This document shows positions 1-19,054 of a stretch of 64,000 nucleotides of DNA, in pieces. Source of the stretch: the human T2T-CHM13v2.0 reference genome, Homo sapiens; assembly GCF_009914755.1 (NCBI RefSeq), contig NC_060944.1, one strand, 5' to 3'. Each line of letters starts with the position of its first letter. Position 1 is the first letter of the stretch. The notes beneath the pieces were generated by a model. That model did no database searches and had not been told where the DNA came from. It worked only from the letters and a program-made list of their open reading frames with translations. A program made the translations under genes and the position numbers.

Positions 1-299
1 GTTTTAAAAATTTGTTCATATATATATCATTTAAACCTGAGTCCTCTAAACTTTGTTCCTATAGAATTTTCACTGTATATTTTCACACATATATATTTTT
101 ATATGTTTATCCATACGTAAATACTTACACACAGTGAGGTTATTGAGAAAGTAGTCTTGGAATCCAGATACTAAAACCACAACACTTTAGAATTGGAAAC
201 CATACAATTTTGTTTATTCCAGCTCTATCATTATAGAAAGGGATACTTGGGCTGAGAGAAGTTATTTAGCTTGCTTGAAGATCTTTGTATTCTGGTCTT

Positions 300-385
300 G
301 AATTTGCCACATAATAAATATTGCACTTAACCTTGAGGGTTTCTGTCTCCTCATCTGTAAAATAGGTCCACTGGAAGACGATTTT
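300..385 (+). mobile_element. MIR SINE fragment
   Basis: MIR core-like 'ttctgtctcctcatctgtaaaatagg'. Confidence 0.6.
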
Positions 386-1656
386 TAATTTAGTTGAATG
401 TATCTGATTTTGCAAACACGGGGGTTTTGGAGCATGCAAAAGAGGATGATGTTCAGGAGTCCAAATGACTAGTCAGCCCAACCTTTTTAGCCAATGGATT
501 CATTTATTTTGGCCCTGGACAGGTATTAGCTGTCCTTTAAAAGATTGGCTTCTGGCAGTTTGGGTTTCCCCCACACGTTTGCTTCTGTGTATTTTTATCA
601 GCCCTCGACTCAGAAGAATCCAATTAGAGTCAATTCCTTTAGTGCAAGTGGCAGCAAATACTAGACTATCCAGAATTGTCAGAATCTTGTTTCCTGCTTT
701 ACCCAGCCGTCTTGTCTCCATTTTACATAGTTTTCAGCTTTGCTGGAGGAATAGGCCTGCTGTACTTTTTGGAATTTCCTCAGCCACTCATCATTTCAGG
801 CTGAACATTAATGATTTATCCAGCAAAGGTTATTAAAATTGACTATAGTCTCTGAAGAAAGGATAGTTTGTCAAACCCACATCTTAAGACTCATTGGATA
901 TATTTTGCATGAATTGTGATTAATGCAAGGTAATTTCAGAGGATGGCTTTTGCTAATTAATAAATCAATCACATTGACTCATCTTGGTAGACTGAACTTT
1001 AAAAGTTCATTACTGACTTGCTCAAAACCAGAATCCCACACATACATAGTTTAGTGGTTTAAGGCAATTCTTAAGAAAGCAAACAGATTGAGCAATACTT
1101 TAATTCAGAAACAAATTGCTTAATCTGTGTCCTCTAAAAATAACGTGCCTGAGAAAGAAAAACTATAAAATACAGGCAATACACTAACATATTCCTGCTT
1201 CTTGATTGATTTCACATATACAACAAAGCTCACATCATTATAAAAGATTTGGAAAGGTCATATGGAAACATCACACTACCAATAGAAGGATTTCTGAAGT
1301 AGTTGAAAGCACCAACTTTACCTAAAACAACAAAACAAAACAAAAAATGTAACCAAGTTGTTATAAATTGTCCGCTCTAAAGTTCTAGAGATCTTATGGA
1401 ATAAATGCAGGCTATTATTATTATTATTTTTTGCTTCTGCCCAAAGCGAAGTTTAGTTATTTAAAAAGCCACTGGAATTGTGCTTTCAAGAAAGCAAAAA
1501 TGGCTTGTGTTTTTCATATTACTTTGAAAGGGACAGACATGCCCTTCAACAGAAAGCAATAAGCTGCCATTCAAAGAATGGAGTTTCCCTGCAGCTAATG
1601 GCAGTGGGATCTGAATCAGATAATACACATATGTAGAATCTTTAGGACCAAACCAC

Positions 1657-1725
1657 AAAAAAAAAAAAAAAAAAAAAATCAAAGCAAAGCAAAAAGCAAA
1701 ACAAAACAAAACAAAAAAAGAAGAA
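1657..1725. repeat. poly(A)/(CAAAA)n A-rich tract
   Basis: Long A run followed by caaag/caaaa units. Confidence 0.9.
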
Positions 1726-2694
1726 GTGTAATTCAAGTCCTGTATAAATTAAACCTACAGTAATTTTCTCAAAGTGTATTTTCTGTTTTAGGTTACTAGA
1801 GTATTTTAAAACTTTCTCCATGAACAAATAGGAATGTCCATATACAAAAAAAAGTGGAACCTGGATTCCAGCCAGGAGGGGTCTGCAACCACGTAGAACA
1901 ATTGGAGACTTAACAATCTGTAATATTCGTGTTATATTCTATAATATTCACTGAAATAGACCTCAATGACTTTGAGCTCAGGACTCCATGAATTTCTTCC
2001 ACATGTGCTTCCTCTGGATGATGGGGGAGGCAGGGGAAAGGGAGAGCAAACAGCTGCTTGAGATGGGAGGGGGCAGAGAGGTGAGGAGGAGAGGAGCTTA
2101 GGAGGACTGAGATCCTCATTACCTACCCTCAATAGCTGTGGCACAATAATTCTTTTCTTTTGGAATGCAAATATGGTATTTATAGCCAATCAGGTCTTTT
2201 GAGTGGATTAACATTTAGTCCTTTTGATATGGGAAGAAAGAAGGGGGAAGGAGAAGGAAGAAAGAAGAAAAGAAATTTAAAAAAATTAAAAGTAGGGAGA
2301 AATAGATTAATCCTGACACTAATATAATGATCTGGATAGCTAAACTACATCGATGTTTCTGGGGTGCCAGGTATAGGCTAACACTTTCTTTTTATACTTA
2401 TCCCCTAAATCTCCAATTAAGTAAACCTTACCCTAGCTGACACTCCCTCAGTTTCTTCAAATCTTTTAGTCATCTTTCTTGAGGGCATTTAATGTTTTTC
2501 CTACTTTAAATTCACGCTCTTGCTAAAGACCATCTATGTAAGATAGGTGCACTATTCATGGCACAATTATGCGGTTCCCAGTTAAAATGTGATAAGGGAA
2601 GTTATAGCTGGATTCTCCTATGATGTAATGTAGTCTTTGAATGACACTTTAAACAGTCACAGCTTTTCTCCATTGGGATCCCCATTCTGCCCCT

Positions 2695-2852
2695 CAAAGC
2701 TGTGTGATCTTGGGTACCTCTTCACACTTCAGTTTTGCCATCTGTAAAATGGGTATAGCAATGGTATCAAACCTTAAGCGGCATTACGGAGGCCAAATAT
2801 GCTAATGTGTATGTTTGGTGTAGAGTAAGCCCCAAATAAAGACTAGCCATTG
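2695..2852 (+). mobile_element. MIR SINE
   Basis: 'gctgtgtgatcttgg...cagttttgccatctgtaaaatggg' MIR core. Confidence 0.75.
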
Positions 2853-3173
2853 TTTTCGTGGCCATTTTTTGTCTGTTGAGAAACTGTTAATGCAGCAACT
2901 TTCTCCGGGTTAGAGTTGGATTAACTAACAAGCTTCTGAGGAAAATATTAAAATTTCCCGTGATTTTCCACAGTGGCTATTTAATATATATTACATCAAG
3001 CAAGCAGGTAAAGAAAAGCAATACTTTCAGGTGTAAATACAGCACCTGGATTGGGTTGATTTTGGTAATTCGGTTTTTTTCCTTAGACAAAGCTAGGTTT
3101 TCAAGCCAAACAGTACACAGCTGTAGAAAACAGTCACTTAAAATTTCAAAAGGTTGCTCTGTATGTGTAATTA

Positions 3174-3466
3174 CTATTATTATTATTATTTCAGACAGAG
3201 TCTTGCTCTGTCGCCCAGACTGGAGTGCAGTGGTGTGATCTCGACTCACTGCAACGCTCAAGGGATTCCCATGCCTCAGCCTCCTGAGTAGCTCGGTGTA
3301 AAATTACAGGCATGTGCCACCACGCCCGGCTAATTTTTGTATTTTTAATAGAGATGGGGTTTCGCCATGTTGGCTAGGCTGTTCTGGAACTCCTAACCTC
3401 AAGTGATCCGCCCACTTCGGCCTCCCAAGGTCCTGAGATGACAGGTGTGAGCCACCTTGCCCGGCC
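3174..3466 (-). mobile_element. AluS with (TTA)n tail
   Basis: Alu consensus; TSD gtatgtgtaatta at 3161-3173 and 3469-3481. Confidence 0.95.
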
Positions 3467-3592
3467 CCGTATGTGTAATTATGTATCTACTTTTATTCTT
3501 GATGTTGTTTATAAGTACATTCCCTCTTGTTTTTCTTACTCATTCTTACCAATGGACTTAAACTTAATTTTATTGGACTTTACAAAGAATGA

Positions 3593-3887
<295 letters not shown>

Positions 3888-4225
3888 GAATCAGTGATTT
3901 TACTGATCAAAAAGTATTGGTTGTTTTTTATTTATGTGACAACTTCCGCTCTTAAGTTTATGAATTCCTTTGTATATTAGATTATGGAAGTGTCTTTAAG
4001 AAATAAATACAATTTTAAAATATCTATCTACAGGTAATATCCACATCTCTATGTCTATCGATAGAGAATAACATTTAGGGAAACGGAGAGGGGAGAGGGA
4101 GCTAGAATGGAAAGGGCACCTCACAGATGATTTCTCCCCTAACAAATTTTTGTTTTGTTTTGTTTTGCTTTGAGATTTTACTTTTTTGCAAGAAGAATCT
4201 ATTTAGGTATTAGTTGAATTTTTCA

Positions 4226-4675
4226 TCGGTCAGGTCCAAAGAACAAGGGGGGGTGGGGAGGGGACGGCGGGAGAGTGTGGCAGGGTGTGGGCGGGGCAGG
4301 AAGAAATGGGGGCCCACCCTGAAGGCTTTCTTAGGTCCTTTTCTCAGCCATTTTCCTCCTTCCCCAACCGGAGAATTGCCCCGCGTGTGCAAGGAGCGGC
4401 GTGCCTCCACGCAGCAGCAACAACAACAGCCGCGCGAGTGGCCGCAGCGTCCACGCCGCCCGCGAGTGGCCGCAGCGTCCACGCCGCCAGCGCAAAGTCG
4501 GTGCGCACAGCCTGGCGCGAGTTCGAAGCTGGAGAGGGCTGTAAAATAGATTGGGGGGCGGGGGAGACCACGTGATTTTCTGGAACGCTGGCTCGCCTCT
4601 TTATTTTGATTCTCGAGTAAACTTACAATCCCCAAAATGCGTTGAGGGCATCGGAAAGAGTAAAGTCACGTTCCG
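4226..4675. promoter_or_regulatory. Small CpG island, promoter/enhancer-like element
   Basis: Dense CpGs outside any repeat; GC boxes near 4289-4297 and 4553-4565; ATTGG at 4550-4554; E-box CACGTG at 4569-4574; G-runs 4247-4296. Confidence 0.75.
4433..4488. repeat. Perfect 2 x 28-bp tandem repeat
   Basis: cgcgagtggccgcagcgtccacgccgcc at 4433-4460 and 4461-4488. Confidence 0.97.
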
Positions 4676-5280
4676 CTGGAAAGGATCACTTCTTAAGTTC
4701 ACATGAACCTATTCTTTGATCCTCCTTCATTGCTGCTTAAGATTTACTTCTCTTTCAAATCAAATAATGTGTTTCTTTCTCATTCTGAGAAAAGCTTTCA
4801 AGATGTGATTTCCCTTTTGAAACACTTTGAAGTCTTTCCCCAGCACATCCTTTCTTAAAGGGATTTGGTAAGAGGAGATAGGCCTGGAGGCCAGGGCATT
4901 TTAAAGTCACTTTCCAAATACCCTGTGTTCCCTTAAAGAGTCTTGAATTGAAACATCCCAGCTGCTGGAAGACGTTTCCAAATGTGACTCTGTGGCTGCA
5001 ACACCCTAATGTCTTCTCTCCTAGGACCCTGGTGGGTCATAAAGACAGACAGAGCAGAAAGGAAGCCTTTAGTTTTTTAAGTAAAGCCACTTCCATGGGC
5101 TTCCTAAAACAACAAGGATTCTCACATTTAGTTAGTCCTCTCTGTTAGGACATCAAGGGAGAAACAGCTGAAATCCAGGGCTGAACATTTCCTGGCGCGG
5201 CTAGATTTGAAGCTTCCAGTATGTGGAGTATCACCTTCATTCCCTCTGGGGGCGTCTATATGGTTTGTGCCAGGTGGGAG

Positions 5281-5300
5281 CACCTGCCCCGTGGTGGCCA
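5281..5300 (-). promoter_or_regulatory. CTCF-like motif
   Basis: Minus strand TGGCCACCACGGGGCAGGTG versus core CCASYAGRKGGCRS; one core mismatch. Confidence 0.45.
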
Positions 5301-6084
5301 AAAATACTGACAGCAATTCAAGCTTCTCACTTCCGAATGAGATGTTTGTACACGAAGTGACCTTTAATTGTGTCTTAGAAACTCATGTCAGATCAACATG
5401 TGGTTTCACTTATTCAGGAGAGGTTATTACATTTCAAGCTGTTTTGTGTTAGTTTTTAGCATTTAAATGAAGTATTTTCTCTTTCATATATTTGATGTGG
5501 CTCAAAGAAGCTTGCTTCTTTTTCTTTTTTTTCCTTCATAGATTTTATTGTTTGATTAGATCTTTTTGTCAAGTCAGATCAAAGATGGCTTTTCCTTTCT
5601 TTAGGAGAGAGATCTTTTATGAAAACAAATCAATAGAACAGATTTCACAGTAAAGAGGCATTTTGTTTAAAAGATTTTGAAAAGAGGAAAAAGATTACAA
5701 TGAGGGTAGAAGAGAGATGTTTTTATTTTTGTATTCTATTTGTCTGTCAAAGAGTTAGATGAAAGCAAATACTTTGGCATTCTCAACTTCAGATTTACTG
5801 TGGGGAGGCTTTGCAGACTCAGCTAGATAGACACATCCTTATAGAAGAATTCACTTTACCTTTTAGCATCTGGGAATATCCGAGAGCTGGTGGCTCCTCC
5901 CTACCTATCCCTGCTCCCTCCTAAGATGATGTAGATGCTGGATTCTTGGCTTTTTGGCATCTTTTTCAGATGAACTCCTTCACATGCTTCAAGAGAAAAT
6001 GCAGGAGTTTCTAGATAGCATTCATGTTTTTGTAGCAACTTTTAGTTCCCTCTATCCAGGGGCTACCACAGTATATTGAAATGA

Positions 6085-6552
<468 letters not shown>

Positions 6553-6664
6553 TCCTTGTGCTATTAAAAAAAGATAATTAAGATTATATTGGGAGTATTT
6601 GGCAGTCACCAGGTAAATAACATCTGTAAAACATCATAGATGGAATATATGGATGCCTCTAGAC

Positions 6665-6970
<306 letters not shown>

Positions 6971-7063
6971 AATCTACACATTTCCTCTTTCCCATTTCCG
7001 GGCATGATGAAGGGGTAAATTAAGAACAGTCATCCAAATAATTCAAGTAAAAGACAATCTTGA

Positions 7064-7361
<298 letters not shown>

Positions 7362-7478
7362 TTAAGTGATTTGCCAATCCAGAAACCTCAGTTGTGTGGT
7401 TGCTACAATTCTCCAGTTGCCTTGGCTGTGAGTGAGGACTTAGGCATCCAGAGAGTACATCATGTATATAATAGTTGA

Positions 7479-7837
<359 letters not shown>

Positions 7838-7907
7838 CCAAACAATATATTCTTTATTCATTCAAATAATCAGGCAATTCCATGAAAACAATCAAGAAAA
7901 TGCATTG

Positions 7908-8214
7908 GGCCGGGTGTGGTGGCTCATGCCTGTAATCCTGCACTTTGGGAGGCCAAGGCAGGAGGATCACTAGGTCAAGAGCTTGAGACCATCCTGGCCA
8001 ACATGGTGAAACCCAGTCTCTACTAAAAATACAAAAATTAGCTGGGTGTGGTGGTGCGCGCGCCTGTAGTCCCAGCTACTCAGGAGGCTGAGTGAGGCAG
8101 GAGAATCGCTTGAACCCAGGAGGCGGAGGTTGCAGTGAGCTGGGATCCCACCACTGTACTCCAGCCTGGTGCCGGAACGAGACTCCGTCTCAAAAAAAAA
8201 AAAAAAAAAAAAAA
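7908..8214 (+). mobile_element. AluSc
   Basis: ggtcaagag..gagaccatcctggccaacatgg; TSD aaaa(t)gcattg. Confidence 0.92.
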
Positions 8215-8390
8215 GCATTGATTTTTGTATCAAAGTATCCTGAAGAATTGCTGAAACAAAAATTTTAAAGTATGTCTTTTTCTCTCCATTTCTCCTAACA
8301 CGCTTCAAAGGGTGGATGCTTAATAGAACTTTCTTGACTTGACCCCAGCCAAGGAAATTTAAAAAGTCAAAGCACTTGGTGTGTAGGATA

Positions 8391-8490
8391 TAAGCTCCTT
8401 AGTGCCTGAAACCCAGTGAAGTCCTGCTCTCTGCTGTAGCTTACACACCTGGCAGAATGCCTGGCATACAGTGGGTGTTAATGAATGAAT
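8391..8490 (+). mobile_element. L2 3' end
   Basis: 'agaatgcctggcatacagtgggtgttaatgaatgaat'. Confidence 0.6.
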
Positions 8491-8985
8491 CGTGTCTGTC
8501 TCAGCTACTGTTTTATAGATTGAACTTTAGGTACCACTTCAAATCTTGAAAAGTTCTGGGAGAAATTTCCCCTGCATTTACAATGTAGTGGTTGAATGGC
8601 TAACCATTTAATTTGAACATTTAGGCGGCCACCTTGTATGCGCAATTAAGTTTCCAACCACAGTTTTGCTTGTTAATTACATATGGCCTCTGTAATTAAC
8701 AACATGTGTGAAATACACCAGGCTTTTGGTAATAGAAGAAGCAACAAGGAAATATATATGTATATTTCAGAGAAATGAGCATTGAAGGAATACTGGGAGT
8801 CAAAAACAAAAAAATCAAAGCAATTAGATAGTGTTTTCCCCTTGTTTACAGCCAAGGGCCTCTGATAGCAGGTGTAGGCTCTGGTAAAAAAAAGAAAAAA
8901 GATTTTTTTTTCTCAGGCCAATGCAGTCTGGCCAGCCTAATTTATTTACTCAGTGCATTGGTTAGCTTTTTTCAATTTTTCAAAA

Positions 8986-9297
8986 TTTTTTTTCTTTTTT
9001 TTTGTTTGAGACAGAGTCTCACTCTGTTACCAGGGCTGGAGTGCAGTGGCAGAATCTCGGCTCACTGCAACCTCTGCCTCCCTAGTTCAAACGATTCTCC
9101 TGCCTCAGTCTCCTGAGTAGCTGGGACTACAGGCGCTCACCACCACGCCACCACCACGCCTGGCTAATTTTTGTATTTTTAGTAGAGACGGGGTTTCACC
9201 ATGTTGGCCAGGATAGTCTCCGTCTCTTGACCTCGTGATCTGCCTGCCTCGGCCTCCCAAAGTGCTGGGATTACAGGCATGAGCTAACGTGCCCGGC
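8986..9297 (-). mobile_element. AluSc inserted in the tail of an AluJ
   Basis: ctcttgacctcgtgatc; outer TSD attggttagctttt (8957-8970 and 9610-9623) encloses both Alus. Confidence 0.92.
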
Positions 9298-9607
9298 TCT
9301 TTTTTTTCTTTTTCTTTTCTTTTATTTTAAAGCAACAGGATCTTGCTCTGTCCCTCAGCCTGGAGTGCATTGGGCGGATCATAGCTCACTGTAGCCTCCA
9401 ACTCTTGGGATTAGGGATTCTCCTGCCTCATCCTCCAAATTAGCTAGGAATACAGGCATATTTCATCAGGCCTGGCTTTTTTATTTTTTCGTAGAGACAG
9501 GGTCTTGCTATGTTGCCCAGGCTGGTCTTAACTCCTGGGCTCAAATGATCCTCCCACCTCAGCATCCCAAACTGCTGGATCACAGGCATGAGCCACCATG
9601 TCTGGCT
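9298..9607 (-). mobile_element. AluJ
   Basis: atcatagctcactgtagcc, ctcctgggctcaa J features. Confidence 0.9.
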
Positions 9608-9655
9608 GTATTGGTTAGCTTTTGCTGTTTAACAAATCACCCGAAAAGTTAATAG

Positions 9656-9998
<343 letters not shown>

Positions 9999-10004
9999 TC
10001 TTCC

Positions 10005-10291
10005 TTTTTTTTTTGAGACAGGGTCTCACTCTGTTGCCCAGGCCAGAGTGGAGTGGTACGATCATGGCTCACTGCATCTTTGCCCTCCTGGGCCTAAGCC
10101 CCCCACCTTGGTCTCCCAAGTAGCTGGGACCACAGGCATGTGCCACCATGCCAAGCTAATCTTTTTTATCTTTGTAGAGATGGAGTCTCACTATGTTGTT
10201 CGGGCTGGTCTTGAACTCCTGAGCTCAAGTAATCCTCCCATCTTGGCCTCCCAAAATGCTGCAATTACGGGCATGAGCCACTGCACCTGGC
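10005..10291 (-). mobile_element. AluJ
   Basis: Diverged dimer; TSD catattct. Confidence 0.9.
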
Positions 10292-10471
10292 ATATTCTAG
10301 ATTTAGCCAGATGAGCTGATCTCTACTGGGCTCTCTCATGTATCTGTGGTCAGCAAGTCTAGGATTGCCTTGCTCCCGCATCCACGGATTGTCACAGATA
10401 CAGATACTCAAGGGGTCCTTAGCTGGGACAGGTTGTCTCTGTTCTATGTGGTCACCCATCTTCTGCCTGGG

Positions 10472-10750
10472 TGATACAGGGTCTTGCTGTGTTGCCTGAG
10501 CTGGAGTGCAGTGGTGCCATCGTGGCTCACGGTAGCCTCAACCTCCCAGGCTCAGGAAAATCCTCCTGCCTTAGCCTTCTAAGTAGTTGGGACCACAGGC
10601 ATGCAACTACCACATCCGCTACTTTTTTATTTGTAGAGATGAGAGTCTCACTGTGTTGCCCAGGATGGTCTCAACTACTGGCCTCAAGTGATCCCGCCTT
10701 GACCTCCCAAAGTGCTGGGATTACAGCAGGTGTGAGCCACCATGCCTTCC
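10472..10750 (-). mobile_element. AluJ lacking tail
   Basis: Diverged dimer with no poly(T). Confidence 0.88.
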
Positions 10751-10921
10751 ATATATATTTTTTGAAGATTTCTAATGTGACCAGAAGTACCTGGAATTGG
10801 ATGCTCCTGATAGTTGTACTTTACTCACATTTCAAATTTAGCAATAGAGATTATAAAGAATTTTTATGTATACACACTTGTGCACACATACCCTACAGTC
10901 TCGGGAATGTAGATTAGACCC

Positions 10922-11217
10922 TTTTTTTTTTTTGGAGATGGAGTTTCACTCTTATTCCCCAGGCTGGAGTGCAATGGTGCGATCTTGGCTTACCTCAACC
11001 TCCACTTCCTGGGTTCAAGCAATTCTCCTGCCTCAGCCTCCTGAGTAGCTGGGATTACAGGCATGTGCCACCACGCCCAATTAATTTTTGTATTTTTAGT
11101 AGAGATGGGGTTTCTCCATGTTGGTCAGGCTGGTCTCCAACTCCCGACCTCTGGTGATCCACCCGCCTCGGCCTTCCCAAAGTGCTGGGATTACAGGCGT
11201 GAGCCACCGCACCCAGC
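10922..11217 (-). mobile_element. AluSp
   Basis: tttctccatgttggtc, ctcccgacc. Confidence 0.93.
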
Positions 11218-11580
11218 AGACTCTTGAAGTCTGTAGGGAAGAGAGGTGTCTCAGCTAACTTGAGGTATTAAGGGAATGGCATATGGCAATAATAATAACA
11301 ATAACCATTATACCAATAGCTGGGTCAGGATTGCTGCCCAAGTGATCTCATGCAAATCCATTAGCCTTCCTGAGCCTTGGTTTTCACATCTTATTTTCCT
11401 GTAGGACGTTAGAGAACTACTTGAACACTGTTTGCACAAGCACACTTTAAACTTTAGTGTATTACACATACATTAGCAATTATTATGCCCAGAAAGCACT
11501 GGCTTTTTTTTGTAGCTGAACAATGTAAATCTATTTTCAGACCCAATAAAAAAGGATACATTAAAATTATTTTCTTCTAT

Positions 11581-12330
<750 letters not shown>

Positions 12331-12470
12331 AATTTCCAGCCTTTTAAAATTCACATTACTTTGATGATGATCACTGTGTTTGAGTAAGGATTGTGGGATC
12401 CTTGCCTTTGTGGGCTGAATATTGTATTCACAACATTGGGCACAAAACTGAATACGGTGCCTGGCTTCTA

Positions 12471-12921
<451 letters not shown>

Positions 12922-12957
12922 AAGATGTAGTTGTTGAACAATAAAATAAATGAATGA

Positions 12958-13680
<723 letters not shown>

Positions 13681-13775
13681 TGTTTTCCTGGCTTAGAGTT
13701 TGATCTCTTGGGTCAGAGGATTTGGGTTTTAATCCCTGTCCTACTGTTCACTCTTGTGTGACTTTGTGCAACTTT

Positions 13776-14266
<491 letters not shown>

Positions 14267-14303
14267 TGCTTTCATTTTTTCATCTGTAAAATAAGAAAGG
14301 TAA

Positions 14304-14607
<304 letters not shown>

Positions 14608-14614
14608 GGAGCTA

Positions 14615-14745
14615 GCTGGGCGTGGTAGTGTGCGCCTGTCATCCCAGCTACTCAAGAGGTTTAGGTGGGAGGATTACTTGAGCCTGGGAGTTCAAGTCCA
14701 GCCTGGACAACGTGGTGAGACCTCATCTCTTAAAAATTAAAAATC
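14615..14745 (+). mobile_element. FLAM_A/FAM monomer
   Basis: Single ancient monomer. Confidence 0.8.
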
Positions 14746-14819
14746 AACAACTACAAAAAAGAGGGAGGTAGTAGGACCTATTTCATGGAATTATTATAAC
14801 TATAAGAATAGTTATGTTT

Positions 14820-15152
<333 letters not shown>

Positions 15153-15183
15153 TCTTATGTTTGGATAATATTTACTGAGTGCA

Positions 15184-15475
15184 GTCGGGCATGGTGGCTC
15201 ACGCCTGTAATCCCAGCACTTTGGGAGGCTGAGGCGGGTGGATCACCTGAGGTCGGGAGTTTGAGACCATCCTGACCGATATGGAGAAACCCTGTCTCTA
15301 CTAAAAACACAAAATTAGCCGGGCATGGTGTCACACGCCTGTAATCTCAGCTACTCGGGAGGCTGAGGCAGAAGCGCTTGAACCCAGGAGGCGGAGGTTG
15401 TGGTGAGCCAAGATCGTGCCATTGCACTCCAGCCTGGGCAACAAGAGTGAACTCCGTCTCAAAAAAAAAAAAAAA
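15184..15475 (+). mobile_element. AluSp
   Basis: gtcgggag, atggagaaacc; TSD atttactgagtgc. Confidence 0.93.
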
Positions 15476-15488
15476 TTTACTGAGTGCT

Positions 15489-15841
15489 TGTTATGGACTC
15501 TGAATGTGTCTCCTCAAAATTCATATGTTAAAATCTAGTCCCCAATATGGTGGTGTTTGGAGGTGGGGCTTTTGGAAGGTAATAGGTTATGAGGGATGAT
15601 CTCTCATGAAAGGGATCAGTGTCCCCTTAGAAGAAGAGGCCACAGAGTTAGCTAATCCTCTTTCCACCATGTAAGACTACAGGGAGAAGTCAGCTGTGTA
15701 CAACTGGTAAGACGGCCATCACCAGGGCCCAACCATACTGGTGCCCTGATCTTGGGAATTCCAGCTGTCAGAACTGAGAACTACATGTTATCTAAGCCAC
15801 CCAATCTATGGTAATTTGTTATATGAGCCTGAACTAAGACA
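15489..15841 (+). mobile_element. MLT1A-type MaLR solo LTR
   Basis: TG...CA ends; 5-bp TSD gtgct at 15484-15488 and 15842-15846; tgttatggactctgaatgtgtctcctcaaaattcatatg. Confidence 0.9.
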
Positions 15842-15913
15842 GTGCTTATTACATGTCAGACATTTTCTCATTCCTAATCATCACCGTAGAATCCATCAAG
15901 GTAGGTAAATTAA

Positions 15914-16300
<387 letters not shown>

Positions 16301-16390
16301 TGAATTGTCCCTTACAGAAACATCTTTGCAAACCACTTGTTTAGGAGATAGTAGAATAAAGTAATGGAAAAAATAGCTGTGGATTGTTAG

Positions 16391-16723
<333 letters not shown>

Positions 16724-16824
16724 AATATAGGTCTTTTTTTTAATTAAAAAAAAAAAAAAAAAAAAACAAGGATGACTCACATTTTATCCTCTTGAAGAAC
16801 TCAGTTGTTCTTTGAGGAGTGACT

Positions 16825-17468
<644 letters not shown>

Positions 17469-17589
17469 AAATATTATTTAATTGAGAAAGTTATTTATTC
17501 AGTTTTTCTATTTACACTTTCTTGGTTTTTTTCTCATGCCCACTCTGCACTCAAGTTTTCTCTCTGTATTATTTATTTATGCTTTATTA

Positions 17590-17724
17590 TTAAAATTTAT
17601 AAATAGAGGTGGGGGTCTTGCTACATTGACCAGGCTGATCTCAAATCCCTGGCCTTAAGTAATCCTCCCACCTCAGTCCCTTTCAAAGTGTTGGGATTAC
17701 AGGCATGAGCCACCACTCGAGGCC
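17590..17724 (-). mobile_element. FLAM_C
   Basis: Left monomer only. Confidence 0.8.
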
Positions 17725-17930
17725 AAGTTGCTTCTCTGCTTCATATGTTCCCAACTCTTCTGAAAAGAGATTTTGCTATTGTCTAAACCACTTGTGTTCA
17801 GCTTTAAAGAGAAGTACAAAGAGACTTGAAGTCATCTGAGAGTCTACCACATAGAAAAGAGCATCCTTAACTCTTGGTGAACATCGTTTTAGGCTTCTCT
17901 TACACAGTAATTTTACATAAATACAATTAA

Positions 17931-18255
<325 letters not shown>

Positions 18256-18344
18256 GGTCATAGACTTTTTTCTGCAATAATAAACATAAATTAACATTAT
18301 CTTTGTTAATGGATGGGCCATAGTTTATGCAACCCTTTGACAGC

Positions 18345-18942
<598 letters not shown>

Positions 18943-19054
18943 CCCCTTTGACAGCTTTTGAGGGACATTTAGTTTCTTTGCAATTTATAATTATTCTTAA
19001 TTGAGCCTTGTGCAAACACCCTAGTGTGTCCAGACTTTAACATTTGAGAGATGT

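Noticed and set aside
4433-4488. Possible identity with the TYMS 28-bp enhancer repeat
   Set aside because: Same unit length only; sequence differs and no TYMS exon follows
4210-4635. Overlapping ORFs with polyQ/polyC/polyA-like runs
   Set aside because: Open in several frames on both strands because of GC richness and the (GCA/ACA) tract; mostly non-ATG starts; no coding signature
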